Origin: Minisyncoccota bacterium
Lineage (GTDB): Bacteria; Patescibacteriota; Minisyncoccia; Phycocordibacterales; UBA9973
Direction: 5' to 3'
DNA: 64,000 nucleotides
NCBI GenBank assembly: GCA_041650615.1
Contig: JBAZKU010000001.1
Coordinates: forward strand, 249,216 to 313,215
This document shows positions 36,662 through 46,471 of this stretch, in pieces. Made by a program: the position numbers and the translations under genes. Numbering within the stretch: the stretch's first letter is position 1; every line of letters begins with the position of its first letter. Under the pieces are notes generated by a model. It saw only the letters and a program-made list of their open reading frames with translations, made no database searches and was not told where the DNA came from.

Positions 36662-38311
36662 ATGGCTTTTGAATTAGATACAGAAAATAAGAGCAAAAAT
36701 TATTTAGATGAAAAAGAGCTTTTTATTCTATATTATTTATCAAAAAATAAACACATTTCAACACAAGGAAGTAATGTCTTTAGACCTAATGAAAAAACTA
36801 TTTACCATAAACCTGACGGTCTTAATGACGTAGCTGAACTAGAAAAAAATCTTAATAAACATATATTGGAAGCTGAAGAAAAAAGAGAAAAAAAATTACA
36901 ATCTTCAATTGTAGCTAATTATTTAATTGGATTAGGTAGAACTTTTGATGAAAAAAGTTTTGCTGTCTTCGGAGATGCTGATTATAGTTTGGTTGAAGGC
37001 GGATTTTTGACAGATGATTTTCATAAGGAAATGTATGATTATTTAGCTTTATCAAAAGAAAAAAGAGAAAAAGATAAAAAATTAAACAAAGAACAAAAGA
37101 TATTTCTTGAGAATATAATTTCTAAAAAATTAGACCTCAATGACATAGAAACAAGGGTTAGATTTACTAAATTAGCTAACCCACCTATTAAATCTTATCA
37201 GGAAGCTATATTAAATAAAAAAGCAGAAAAAGAATTTATTGAGTTAGTAAATAAGTTAATCAAAGAACACGATGGCGGTAAATGGAATACCGAAGATGTT
37301 GAAAAATTTTTAGAGATATATTACAAGCACAACAAAGAACAATTTAAGAAAAATGTTACTACTCCAAGAACGTGGCTTTTTGAAGACAACCAAACCAAAC
37401 TTGCCAATCTTATTTTTGCACATACTGATTTTCATTTATTTATAAAAGATAATACAAAATTAAATAATTACTTAAAAGAATATATAAAACTTTTCAAAAA
37501 AGATGAGCTTGATAAATTAAGTAATAAAGGTCTAACTGGAAGCTTTTTTACAACAAGTAGATTGATACCTCTAAATAATCAACTTTGGGGCTTTGAAAAA
37601 CAAAAGGAAATTTTAGTACAACATATTGAAAAAAACTTTAATGAGTATAAAAAAAGTAGCTTACAAATAAGCCATCCATATTTTGAACCTGTTTATGAAG
37701 GCGATACAGAAGAAGGAATAACAGAGATTACTATATCTCCTAAAAATGAAGATGAGGCAGACCGATTTTTATTTGTGCATACAATAATAGCTCTTGAATA
37801 TAAGAAATTTCTTGAGATTAAAAGTTTATTTTATGGATATATGGATTTGTTTGATTTATATGACAGAGGTTTTGTATTTCAAATTAAATTACCTAAAGAA
37901 GTAAATAATAAAGATGAAGAAATAACAGAAATTTCAAAACCAGTTAAAAAATCAAACATTAAACCTTTCTTGGTAACAAAAAACAAAAAGGGTTATCTAA
38001 AGTTTGCAAAAAATAGCCCCAATATATTTATTGGGAGTATAACAACTCGGAAATTTAGACTACTACAAGCACTTATGGAGCCAATAGAAACCATTGGTAC
38101 AGCCAGAAAAATAGACAAAGTTTTTGAAGCAATTAAATTACCAAGAGATAACAATGACCCAAAACTAAAGGATAATTACCTTAGTCGTGACAGGAAGCTG
38201 TCAATTATTCAATACACAATAAAAGAAATACAAAAGATAAAAAAACTACAAAGAAAAATACACTTTTCGTTTGGTGAAAATAACCAAATAATCTGGGCAG
38301 ATTTTACTTAA
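36662..38311 (+). CDS. large hypothetical protein (549 aa), island cargo
   Basis: No recognisable motif; Lys/Glu-rich. Confidence 0.35.
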   Translation: MAFELDTENKSKNYLDEKELFILYYLSKNKHISTQGSNVFRPNEKTIYHKPDGLNDVAELEKNLNKHILEAEEKREKKLQSSIVANYLIGLGRTFDEKSFAVFGDADYSLVEGGFLTDDFHKEMYDYLALSKEKREKDKKLNKEQKIFLENIISKKLDLNDIETRVRFTKLANPPIKSYQEAILNKKAEKEFIELVNKLIKEHDGGKWNTEDVEKFLEIYYKHNKEQFKKNVTTPRTWLFEDNQTKLANLIFAHTDFHLFIKDNTKLNNYLKEYIKLFKKDELDKLSNKGLTGSFFTTSRLIPLNNQLWGFEKQKEILVQHIEKNFNEYKKSSLQISHPYFEPVYEGDTEEGITEITISPKNEDEADRFLFVHTIIALEYKKFLEIKSLFYGYMDLFDLYDRGFVFQIKLPKEVNNKDEEITEISKPVKKSNIKPFLVTKNKKGYLKFAKNSPNIFIGSITTRKFRLLQALMEPIETIGTARKIDKVFEAIKLPRDNNDPKLKDNYLSRDRKLSIIQYTIKEIQKIKKLQRKIHFSFGENNQIIWADFT

Positions 38312-38628
38312 TTTCCTTGATGCCTAGAGGGAAAAATTAAAATGGCTTTTGATATGCACAGAGGGATATTATAAACCCTCTTATTTTTTTTATTTATAAA
38401 TAATAAATAAAAACAAAAAACCCTCTCGTCCCCTCTAGCTGATTTTTGCTTAGAGGGTTCTTCATAATGCTTTTATGCAGGATAAGAAAGAAACAAAAAA
38501 AGAATTAAATCCAAAACTATTGGATTTATCGCCTGAAGATAGTCGTGATTTAGGTAGTTTCTTTACCTTGCTTATAAAAATAGATAAGCGAGTAAATCCT
38601 GCAAATTATCAACTTAATAAAAAAGAAT

Positions 38629-39747
38629 ATGATTGATACAGTCCGTCTCTTAATACCAAAAGAGAAAATGAGTTTCTTGTCTAGTGTGTCAAATTGGGAA
38701 CTTTATTCAAAAACAGAACAATACTCTAAATTTGTTCGCAATCCAAGTAAGGCAGAAAAAGAAACTGGAAATTACTTTCCTAGATTAACAGGATATAAGA
38801 GAAAGTATTCAATGGATGCAAATGTAATACTTGAGTTCTCTGTGCCTAAGCTACTATATCTAAATAATCTTGATGAACTAACAGACAAAAATTTTAATAT
38901 GGTCATAGAAGCTCTACAAGATAGATTAAAAGATATGGGAGTATTACTGACAAAATATGTCATAGAAAACGCCTCAGTTAGCTCGGTTCATTTCTCCAAA
39001 AATATACTTCTCAAAGATGGATATACAGCAACACATATTATATCCGAATTAGGAAAAATAGATTTAAGAAAAAGTTTTGATTTTGCAAAAACTAGATTTC
39101 TAAATGACGGACAGAGTATCTATGCTCACACAAACGCACACGAACTTGTTATTTACGACAAGGTTGCTGACTTAAAGAAAGATAAAAAACGAGCAATAGA
39201 TAAAGACCAAACCCTATATCAAAGAAGTTTGTTTGCTGAATTAAATAAAGATAAAGAATTAAAGGAAATTCTTCGCATTGAAATTCGTCTAAATCAAAAA
39301 CAGAAAATGAATAAAATCTTGGAAAATTTAGGATATGAAAAAAATCCGAAATTTAAGGATGTGTTTAATTCAGAGATGAGTAAGAAAGTAGTAAATGAGT
39401 ATTGGAAGAAATTGATATTAGACAGAAACTCTGGACTGTTTTCAATCAATCTTAGTATTAAAGATACACTGCAAGTTATGTTTTTAACGGATAAAAAATT
39501 AAAACCAAACAAAGCAGTTTATTTATTAGGACTGTATATACTTGCTAAAGATGAAAACGGTATTAGACAATTAAGAAGTATTGTTGAAAAACGAGTACAC
39601 GAACGAACTTGGTATCGTATGGCAAAAGAATTAAGATACGCAAACGAGATTATAACCAAAAATAACCTTAGAGATTGGGTTAAACAAATCAATAAAACCC
39701 TTGACGACTTCAAGCCATATAGGCATAAAGAGTTGTTCACTGATTAA
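38629..39747 (+). CDS. hypothetical protein (372 aa), island cargo; possibly a replication-initiator-like protein
   Basis: No firm motif; the replication-initiator guess is weak. Confidence 0.3.
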   Translation: MIDTVRLLIPKEKMSFLSSVSNWELYSKTEQYSKFVRNPSKAEKETGNYFPRLTGYKRKYSMDANVILEFSVPKLLYLNNLDELTDKNFNMVIEALQDRLKDMGVLLTKYVIENASVSSVHFSKNILLKDGYTATHIISELGKIDLRKSFDFAKTRFLNDGQSIYAHTNAHELVIYDKVADLKKDKKRAIDKDQTLYQRSLFAELNKDKELKEILRIEIRLNQKQKMNKILENLGYEKNPKFKDVFNSEMSKKVVNEYWKKLILDRNSGLFSINLSIKDTLQVMFLTDKKLKPNKAVYLLGLYILAKDENGIRQLRSIVEKRVHERTWYRMAKELRYANEIITKNNLRDWVKQINKTLDDFKPYRHKELFTD

Positions 39748-39785
39748 AAGTTGCTATGTAAAGTATTGTCAAGTATAATATAAAT

Positions 39786-39998
39786 ATGAAATATAAAATA
39801 TGTTCACAAAAATTAAGAGACGGAAGATGGAAACCTGCATATTTACCTCCTATCAAACAGGTTGGAACAGAAAGTTTGGAATTTTCTGAACCTACAGAAA
39901 TTGATAAACATTTTCAAACTAAAGAAGATGCCGATAGTTGTGCATTATTACACTTAACCAAAAAAGGAATTAAAAATGAAGAAATTGAATACAATTAA
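39786..39998 (+). CDS. small hypothetical protein
   Basis: 70-aa ORF. Confidence 0.25.
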   Translation: MKYKICSQKLRDGRWKPAYLPPIKQVGTESLEFSEPTEIDKHFQTKEDADSCALLHLTKKGIKNEEIEYN

Positions 39999-40164
39999 AG
40001 AATTTTATAAAGCTGAAGATTTAGCAGAAAAATTAGATGTAAACATTATGACTATTTATCGCTATATCAAAGCTGGCAAATTAAAAGCGTACAAAATTGG
40101 TCGGGAGTATAGAATTGATAAGGTTGAATTTAATGCTTTTCTTAAAAAAGTAAGCACAAGATAG
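39976..40164 (+). CDS. excisionase-family HTH DNA-binding protein (candidate recombination directionality factor)
   Basis: IMTIYRYIKAGKLKAYKIGREYRI matches MerR/Xis-type HTH_17. Confidence 0.55.
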   Translation: MKKLNTIKEFYKAEDLAEKLDVNIMTIYRYIKAGKLKAYKIGREYRIDKVEFNAFLKKVSTR

Positions 40165-40167
40165 GTT

Positions 40168-42162
40168 ATGAATACACTTACAAACTCAATTGAATACTTA
40201 GATATAAATGAAACAGTTTCAATACTAGGAGTGTCTTCAGCAACAATAAGAAATTGGATTAAATATAATTACATAACACCAAAAGAAACACCAAACAAGA
40301 AACTGGTATTTCATTCCAACCAAATCAGAGAGCTTAAAGAAAGAATTGCTTCAGGAGAAGTAAATCGTTTGAACAAAAGAGCTAACAAAAAGAACTCGTG
40401 CAACACTTTTATACCTGATGAATATGCAGATAATCAAGAAGTAATAAAACTAGTTCAGGAAATCCTAGAAAATCATAAAATAAACAAACTACAGATAGAT
40501 AAAGTATTACTAGTCCTAGCAATAAACCTACTAAAAAATAATAACCTCGTTAATTATAAAAAGTTATCTAATCTAGCAGAATTAGATTACAAGAACGAAA
40601 TAATTAAGAACGAAATAAATTGGTGGTTAGAAAAAATAGAAGATAAAACAATAGATAAAAATTATGCAGAATTATTGAGTATTACTATCCCTAAAATAAC
40701 AGATATTCTAGGGTTAGTTTATCAATCCCTATCAACAGAAGGAAGTAAGGCAGAAGGCGGTTCATATTACACACCAAAAAAAGTGGTTGATGAAATTATT
40801 GATAATTATGTAGAAAAAAATCACACAGTATTAGACCCTTGTTGCGGTACAGGACAATTTATACTTTCAATTGCAAGAAAAGTAAAAGACCCAACTAAAA
40901 TATGGGGTTTTGATATTGATGAAAAAGCTGTAAGATTAGCCAGATTAAATTTAATACTTCATTTTTCTAATGTTGATTTTGAGCCACATATTTATCATAA
41001 AAACACCTTAACTGAAATAAACTCTTCTGGTCTATTTTCAGAAAACAATATACCAATGTTTGATGTAATTGCTACTAATCCGCCTTGGGGTGTACATTTT
41101 TCAAAAAGTGAAACTTATGAATTACAAAATCTATTTCCTGTAATTAAATCAGGAGAAGCATTCTCTTACTTCATATATAAAGGTCTTGAACTGCTAAAAG
41201 AAAATGGTATCCTATCCTTCATACTTCCAGAGTCAATACTTAATATAAAAACACACAGAGATATTCGTGAAGTACTTGTAAATAAGACAACAGTAAAAAA
41301 AGTAAAATACCTAAATCGTGTATTTAAGAATGTATTTACTCCAGTAATCAGACTTGATGTTATAAATAAAAAACCTCATTTCACAAATAAAATTAAAGCA
41401 GAAAAAGATGGTTCTACATACGAAATTGAACAAACGAGAATACAGAACAACCCTGACCGTATTCTTAATGTTTTTACAGATACAGCAGATATATCCCTGT
41501 TTGATAAAACTTATGAAATACCACATACAACACTAAAAGATAAGGCAGAATGGGCTCTAGGGGTTGTTACGGGTGATAACAAAAAACATTTATCAGACAA
41601 AAAAACAAAAACGAATGAACCAATTTTGACAGGAAAAGACATTAAGAAGTTTACCGCAATTTCAGCTTCAAACTTTATTGAGTTTAATCCTGATAATTTT
41701 CAACAAGTTGCTCCTGAATACAAATATCGTGCTAAAGAAAAATTGATTTATAAGTTTATATCAAAGGAACTTGTTTTCTCCTATGATGACAAACAAACGC
41801 TAACATTAAACAGTGCAAATATACTTATACCCAAAGTTGATAACTATCCTATAAAAACCATTTTAGCATTATTCAATTCTTCTTTATATCAATTACTTTA
41901 TCAAAAAAAGTTTGGGGCAATTAAAATACTGAAAGGAGATATTGAACAACTACCACTTCCAATAATAGACAAAGGAAAGCACAAAGACATTGAAAGAATT
42001 GTAAACAAACTGCTAGATAATACAAAACCTACCGAAAATAGAAAAAGAGTTTATCTGGAATTAGATGATTATATAATGAATTTGTTTAGTTTGAAGAAAG
42101 AAGAAAAAGATTATATAAGAAAATCAATTAAAGTGTCGGACAAATTATTAAATAATATATAA
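40168..42162 (+). CDS. N6-adenine DNA methyltransferase (gamma class, Eco57I/TaqI-like) with N-terminal HTH
   Basis: Motif I VLDPCCGTGQF, motif IV NPPWG; N-terminal ATIRNWIKYN HTH; C-terminal target-recognition region. Confidence 0.7.
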   Translation: MNTLTNSIEYLDINETVSILGVSSATIRNWIKYNYITPKETPNKKLVFHSNQIRELKERIASGEVNRLNKRANKKNSCNTFIPDEYADNQEVIKLVQEILENHKINKLQIDKVLLVLAINLLKNNNLVNYKKLSNLAELDYKNEIIKNEINWWLEKIEDKTIDKNYAELLSITIPKITDILGLVYQSLSTEGSKAEGGSYYTPKKVVDEIIDNYVEKNHTVLDPCCGTGQFILSIARKVKDPTKIWGFDIDEKAVRLARLNLILHFSNVDFEPHIYHKNTLTEINSSGLFSENNIPMFDVIATNPPWGVHFSKSETYELQNLFPVIKSGEAFSYFIYKGLELLKENGILSFILPESILNIKTHRDIREVLVNKTTVKKVKYLNRVFKNVFTPVIRLDVINKKPHFTNKIKAEKDGSTYEIEQTRIQNNPDRILNVFTDTADISLFDKTYEIPHTTLKDKAEWALGVVTGDNKKHLSDKKTKTNEPILTGKDIKKFTAISASNFIEFNPDNFQQVAPEYKYRAKEKLIYKFISKELVFSYDDKQTLTLNSANILIPKVDNYPIKTILALFNSSLYQLLYQKKFGAIKILKGDIEQLPLPIIDKGKHKDIERIVNKLLDNTKPTENRKRVYLELDDYIMNLFSLKKEEKDYIRKSIKVSDKLLNNI

Positions 42163-42167
42163 AACTT

Positions 42168-42905
42168 ATGGAATACTTAAAAGAAAAATTAAATAAACTT
42201 ATTGATGAACTTTCATCAGACAAAAGAGATATAATAAGGTCTCGTTTATCTGATTTGGTTTCTGTTTATCCTTTTAATGAATATGAATATATAATTTCAT
42301 CCTTAATGGGTTTTGGAAAAATAACACTAGATGATTACTATGAGATTAGAGACGACTATGTATCTCGCAATATGTATCTATATATCTTTGAGATAGCTTC
42401 CCCAAGAGGATTTGGAGAATTATGGGCACAAGGTCATATTAAAGAATTAGAACCTGATTTTATAAAACCTACTAAAAAGGTGGATGAAAATTATAGCGGA
42501 CAATATGATTTAGCTTTACCAATAGAAAATAAATTTATCACAATAGAAGTTAAAGCATCTAGGGCTGTTGATGGTGGTAGTTCTGAACCATTGTTTGTTA
42601 AAGCCCTTTCTTATGAATGCAAGAGCCCTTTTTGGATGAACTTTCAACAAATTAAACCAGCTTGTGCTGATGTGTTTTTATGGGTTGCTGTTTGGAGAGA
42701 TGTTATAAAATACTGGGTTCTATCTTCAGATGAAGTTAAAAACAATAAATACTATTCAAAAGGTCAACATCGTGGAAATAATGGTGAAGGTCAGTTGCAT
42801 ATAAAAGAAGATAATATAAATGAGTTCAAAAAATATGAGGTTAAATCTAATAAACTTAAAGAAGCAGTAATAGATGCTTACAAAAGACAAAAAGGGATAA
42901 AATAA
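42168..42905 (+). CDS. hypothetical protein, candidate PD-(D/E)xK restriction endonuclease partner of the methyltransferase
   Basis: ...YDLALPIENKFITIEVKAS... fits D-x(n)-ExK; 5-bp gap after the methyltransferase gene. Confidence 0.3.
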   Translation: MEYLKEKLNKLIDELSSDKRDIIRSRLSDLVSVYPFNEYEYIISSLMGFGKITLDDYYEIRDDYVSRNMYLYIFEIASPRGFGELWAQGHIKELEPDFIKPTKKVDENYSGQYDLALPIENKFITIEVKASRAVDGGSSEPLFVKALSYECKSPFWMNFQQIKPACADVFLWVAVWRDVIKYWVLSSDEVKNNKYYSKGQHRGNNGEGQLHIKEDNINEFKKYEVKSNKLKEAVIDAYKRQKGIK

Positions 42906-42908
42906 ATT

Positions 42909-44426
42909 ATGAAAGCAATAATCGTAGCAAGAGTATCAACAGACGAACAAAAAGAGAACTCCCCAAGTGCTCAACTATTCAGAATGCAACATTATTGTGA
43001 AAATCGTGATTTTATAATTTCTAAAGAATTTAGTTTTATAGAAAGTGCTTACAAAATAAAAAGAGATGAATTTGATAACATCATTGAGTTTATTGAGGAT
43101 TGTATAAAGAGAAAAGAAAAAATAGCTGTATGTTTTGATAAAGTAGATAGATTATCAAGAAACATTTTTGATAAAAGAGTGGCTTGGTTATATGAAAAAG
43201 CAATCAATAATGAAATTGAACTTCATTTCGTATCAGATAGCCAAGTCATTAACGATAAGATGAATGCAGGCGATAAATTTGCTTTTGGAATGAAACTAGG
43301 GCTTTCTAAATACTATTCTGATGCTATTAGTGATAATGTAAAACGTGCCTTTGAGCAAAAACGAAGAAATGGCGAATGGACAGGTGCAGTTCGCTTGGGC
43401 TATCTTAATGTACCTGCTGATATAGAAAAACGATTGAGAAAAGACATAATCATAGACCCTGAACGGGGATATTTAATAACTAAAATGTTTGAAATGTATG
43501 CAACTGGTAATTATTCACTAGAAACTATAAGAAAAGAAATTACTGATTTAGGATTACGAAGTTTGAAAGAATTTAAGTTGTCAAAAAGTTGCGTAGAAAA
43601 TATACTAAAAGACCCATTTTATTGTGGAATAGCAACTTCAAAGAAATATGAGCAAACTTGGGTACATAAATATCCTCGTTTAATAACTCAAGAACTATTT
43701 GAGAGATGTAAAGAAATCAGAGAAGGTAAAAATAAAAAACGCTCTAAATTTGTTTCAAAAGAATTTATATTCAAAGGACTTCTTACCTGTAAAAATTGTG
43801 GTTGTATGTTAAGCCCTGAAATACATAAAAAGAAAAGTGGTTTGACCTATGTTTACTATTCCTGCACTAATTCTAAAGGTATATGTAAACGCCAGTATGT
43901 ACCTGAAACAGCCCTTCTTAAGCCAATTTACAAGGTTTTAGACCAGTTTGAAGGTATTACAGAAGAAGCCCAGAATACTATCGTTAAAGAGCTTAGGGAA
44001 ACTACAGAAGCAGAGGTCACCTTTCATAAAGCCCAAGTAAATCGTATTAGAGCAGAATACGACCAGTTAAAAAAGAAAGATGATAGGTTGCTTGAAATGT
44101 ACCTTGAAGAAGATAAGAGTATTACTAAGGACATCTATGACAAAAAACATCAAGAGTATCACGACAAGATACAACTTTTGGAAATTGAATTATCAGAACA
44201 TACAAATGCCGATTATGACTATCAAACCACTGTGGCTACAGTACTTTCTGTCGCTCGCAGAGTAAAGGAAATCTTTGAAAGTTCTGAACCATACGAAAAA
44301 AGAGCAATTTTGAATTATTTACTTCAGAACCCTGTTGTAAATGAGAAAAAGCTAGAGTTTACAATACGTTCTCCATTTAATTTAGTGCTTGAACTAGCTA
44401 CTAGTCCTAACTGGCTCCGGGGGTAG
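42909..44426 (+). CDS. large serine recombinase (integrase)
   Basis: N-terminal resolvase domain IIVARVSTDEQ (catalytic Ser), recombinase domain, Zn-ribbon CKNCGC...CTNSKGIC, coiled-coil; the 3' end overlaps the tRNA-Asn 3' end. Confidence 0.8.
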   Translation: MKAIIVARVSTDEQKENSPSAQLFRMQHYCENRDFIISKEFSFIESAYKIKRDEFDNIIEFIEDCIKRKEKIAVCFDKVDRLSRNIFDKRVAWLYEKAINNEIELHFVSDSQVINDKMNAGDKFAFGMKLGLSKYYSDAISDNVKRAFEQKRRNGEWTGAVRLGYLNVPADIEKRLRKDIIIDPERGYLITKMFEMYATGNYSLETIRKEITDLGLRSLKEFKLSKSCVENILKDPFYCGIATSKKYEQTWVHKYPRLITQELFERCKEIREGKNKKRSKFVSKEFIFKGLLTCKNCGCMLSPEIHKKKSGLTYVYYSCTNSKGICKRQYVPETALLKPIYKVLDQFEGITEEAQNTIVKELRETTEAEVTFHKAQVNRIRAEYDQLKKKDDRLLEMYLEEDKSITKDIYDKKHQEYHDKIQLLEIELSEHTNADYDYQTTVATVLSVARRVKEIFESSEPYEKRAILNYLLQNPVVNEKKLEFTIRSPFNLVLELATSPNWLRG

Positions 44427-44486
44427 GGATCGAACCTACGACCAATCGCTTAACAGGCGACCGCTCTACCGCTGAGCTACCCCGGA
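44412..44486 (-). tRNA. tRNA-Asn (GTT), CCA encoded
   Basis: Manual fold: acceptor TCCGGGG/CCCCGGA, D arm GCTC-AGCGGTA-GAGC, anticodon loop CTGTTAA, T arm GTAGG-TTCGATC-CCTAC. Confidence 0.8.
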
Positions 44487-44728
44487 ATATTTACTATTTT
44501 GTTTTTTATAAACTTTCTTCCCGCACAACTTTTAAAATACTTTTCTCTTTTTCTTGCATCGCTTATATTTGCTAATTCTTCTGTATAAATTATACTCCAC
44601 GGCATATATTGTTTTGTATAATAACTTAACCCTGAATTGTGTTCCAATAAACGACGTTTCAAATTTGTTGTACTACCAACGTATAATTTTGGATATTTTA
44701 AGCTTTTTAATATATAAACATAAGCCAT
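44477..44728 (-). CDS. small GIY-YIG nuclease-superfamily protein
   Basis: YVYILKSLKYPKLYVGSTTNLKRRLLEHN; its stop codon lies within the tRNA-Asn 5' end. Confidence 0.7.
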   Translation of the reverse strand: MAYVYILKSLKYPKLYVGSTTNLKRRLLEHNSGLSYYTKQYMPWSIIYTEELANISDARKREKYFKSCAGRKFIKNKIVNIPG

Positions 44729-44894
44729 ATTGACAATGAGTTAAACTACCCCCGCCTCGACTCGCAAAACTCGTCGACGCGAGGCGGGCCGGAATTTATT
44801 TAATTTAATTAAAGAACTTTTATAATCTTAACAGAAAACGAGTAAAAAACAACTACGAGTTATTTTTTTATCTTGGTAAAAGTTCAAACCTATT

Positions 44895-45701
44895 TTAAGA
44901 AAGTTTTTTGTAGAAAAAAGCTAAAGCAAAAAATAAAGCATTTATCATTACAATGATTGCTCCTGTTGGCAAATCCAAGAAAAAAGAAAGGGTAATTCCC
45001 AGCAGTACAGAAATAAGCGAAACAATACTTCCGATAGCCATTGCCATTTTAAAACCCTTTGCAAATTGCAATGCCGTAGCAGCTGGAAGGATTAAGAGCG
45101 CAGACACTAACATTATACCAACCATCTTTACTGACAAAACAACAGTGATAGCTGTAAGCAAGGTAAGGATCATATTTATAAAATTTGTTCTTATGCCTGT
45201 TGTTTTTGCATATTCTTCATCAAAAGTGGCAGAAAATAAATCCCAATAAAACAAGTAGATCACAGCCAAAACAACTAACGATAATACTATGGATAAAATA
45301 ACTTCAGTATTACTAATAGCTAAAATACTACCAAAGAGATAACTAAATAAATCAACATTGAACCCGCTAGATACACTGGCAAGAATTACCCCTCCCGCAA
45401 TACCCACGGCAGATATTATCCCTATGGCTGAATCACCATAGACTTTGGCTTTCTCGCTAATTTTTAAGATTAAAATAGAGGCAATCATGACAACGGGAAC
45501 AGCTATATAGAAAGGATAGATTCCAAAGAATAATCCTAATGCTATTGCTCCAAAACTTACATGGGAAAGACCATCACCAATTAAAGACATTTTTCTTAAT
45601 ACTAAAAATAAACCGAGGACTGAACACACAATGGCAACAAAAGAACCAGCAAAAAAGGCTTTCTGAATAAATGAATATTGTAAAAAATTTAATATATCCA
45701 T
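44895..45701 (-). CDS. znuB: metal (Zn/Mn) ABC transporter permease
   Basis: 8-TM ZnuB/TroCD-like permease. Confidence 0.7.
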   Translation of the reverse strand: MDILNFLQYSFIQKAFFAGSFVAIVCSVLGLFLVLRKMSLIGDGLSHVSFGAIALGLFFGIYPFYIAVPVVMIASILILKISEKAKVYGDSAIGIISAVGIAGGVILASVSSGFNVDLFSYLFGSILAISNTEVILSIVLSLVVLAVIYLFYWDLFSATFDEEYAKTTGIRTNFINMILTLLTAITVVLSVKMVGIMLVSALLILPAATALQFAKGFKMAMAIGSIVSLISVLLGITLSFFLDLPTGAIIVMINALFFALAFFYKKLS

Positions 45702-45703
45702 AA

Positions 45704-46471
45704 TTAATTATGTTGATGCCAAATAATATGCTGGCCACTTCTTTCAAAAGAATGATTGTCTTTGTCAGATAAACAAAATCCCGAAATCTCTCCAAAATAT
45801 TTTAATTCATGATCTAAATACATAAGTTTATTTGCATAGCTTCCAATATAGCCGGTATCGTGAGTAATTAGAATAATAGATATGCCATTTTCTTTATTTA
45901 GTTTTTGAACCAATTTGAAAAAAGATTCTCTTGAGTTAGGATCAAGAGCTGTTGACGGCTCATCAAAAATTAAAATTTCTGGATTTGATATTAATGCGCG
46001 AGCCAGTAATACTTTTTGTTGTTGCCCTCCGGAAAGCTCTGAAAGCATTTTATTCTTCAGATTACTAATTCCCAAATCATTTAAAATATTAGCTACTTTT
46101 ATTTGGTCATTTTTTGTGATTCTCTTTGGTAATTTTTTTTGAGATAAAAGTCCAAGTACTACAATCTCATCAACCGTTGCAGGGAAAAGAGCGTTTATTG
46201 TAGAAGATTTTTGAGGCAAATAGCCGATTTTACTCCAATTATTGAATCTTCCTATTTTATTTCCCAAAATATCAATACTTCCAATTGATACCGGGATTAG
46301 ACCTAATATTGCTTTTATTAATGTGGTTTTCCCCGCCCCATTTGGTCCAGCAATGCCGATGAAATCGCCTTTCACTATTTTAAAAGATATATCTTTAAGC
46401 ACTTCATTCTGCCCATACGAGATAGATACATTTTTTGATTCAATTATTGGTTGCATAACTATTCGTTGCAT
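45704..46471 (-). CDS. znuC: metal ABC transporter ATP-binding protein
   Basis: Walker A GPNGAGKTT, signature LSGGQQQ, Walker B ILIFDEP. Confidence 0.75.
   Translation of the reverse strand: MQRIVMQPIIESKNVSISYGQNEVLKDISFKIVKGDFIGIAGPNGAGKTTLIKAILGLIPVSIGSIDILGNKIGRFNNWSKIGYLPQKSSTINALFPATVDEIVVLGLLSQKKLPKRITKNDQIKVANILNDLGISNLKNKMLSELSGGQQQKVLLARALISNPEILIFDEPSTALDPNSRESFFKLVQKLNKENGISIILITHDTGYIGSYANKLMYLDHELKYFGEISGFCLSDKDNHSFERSGQHIIWHQHN

Larger units (their letters stand above)
35317..44430. mobile_element. integrated element (about 9.1 kb) at the 3' end of tRNA-Asn, bounded by 24-bp direct repeats CTAACTGGCTCCGGGGGTAGGGAT; large serine recombinase at the right end
   Basis: Identical 24-mers at 35317..35340 and 44407..44430; the right copy comprises the last 19 nt of tRNA-Asn plus 5 nt; recombinase and excisionase inside. 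Confidence 0.65.
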
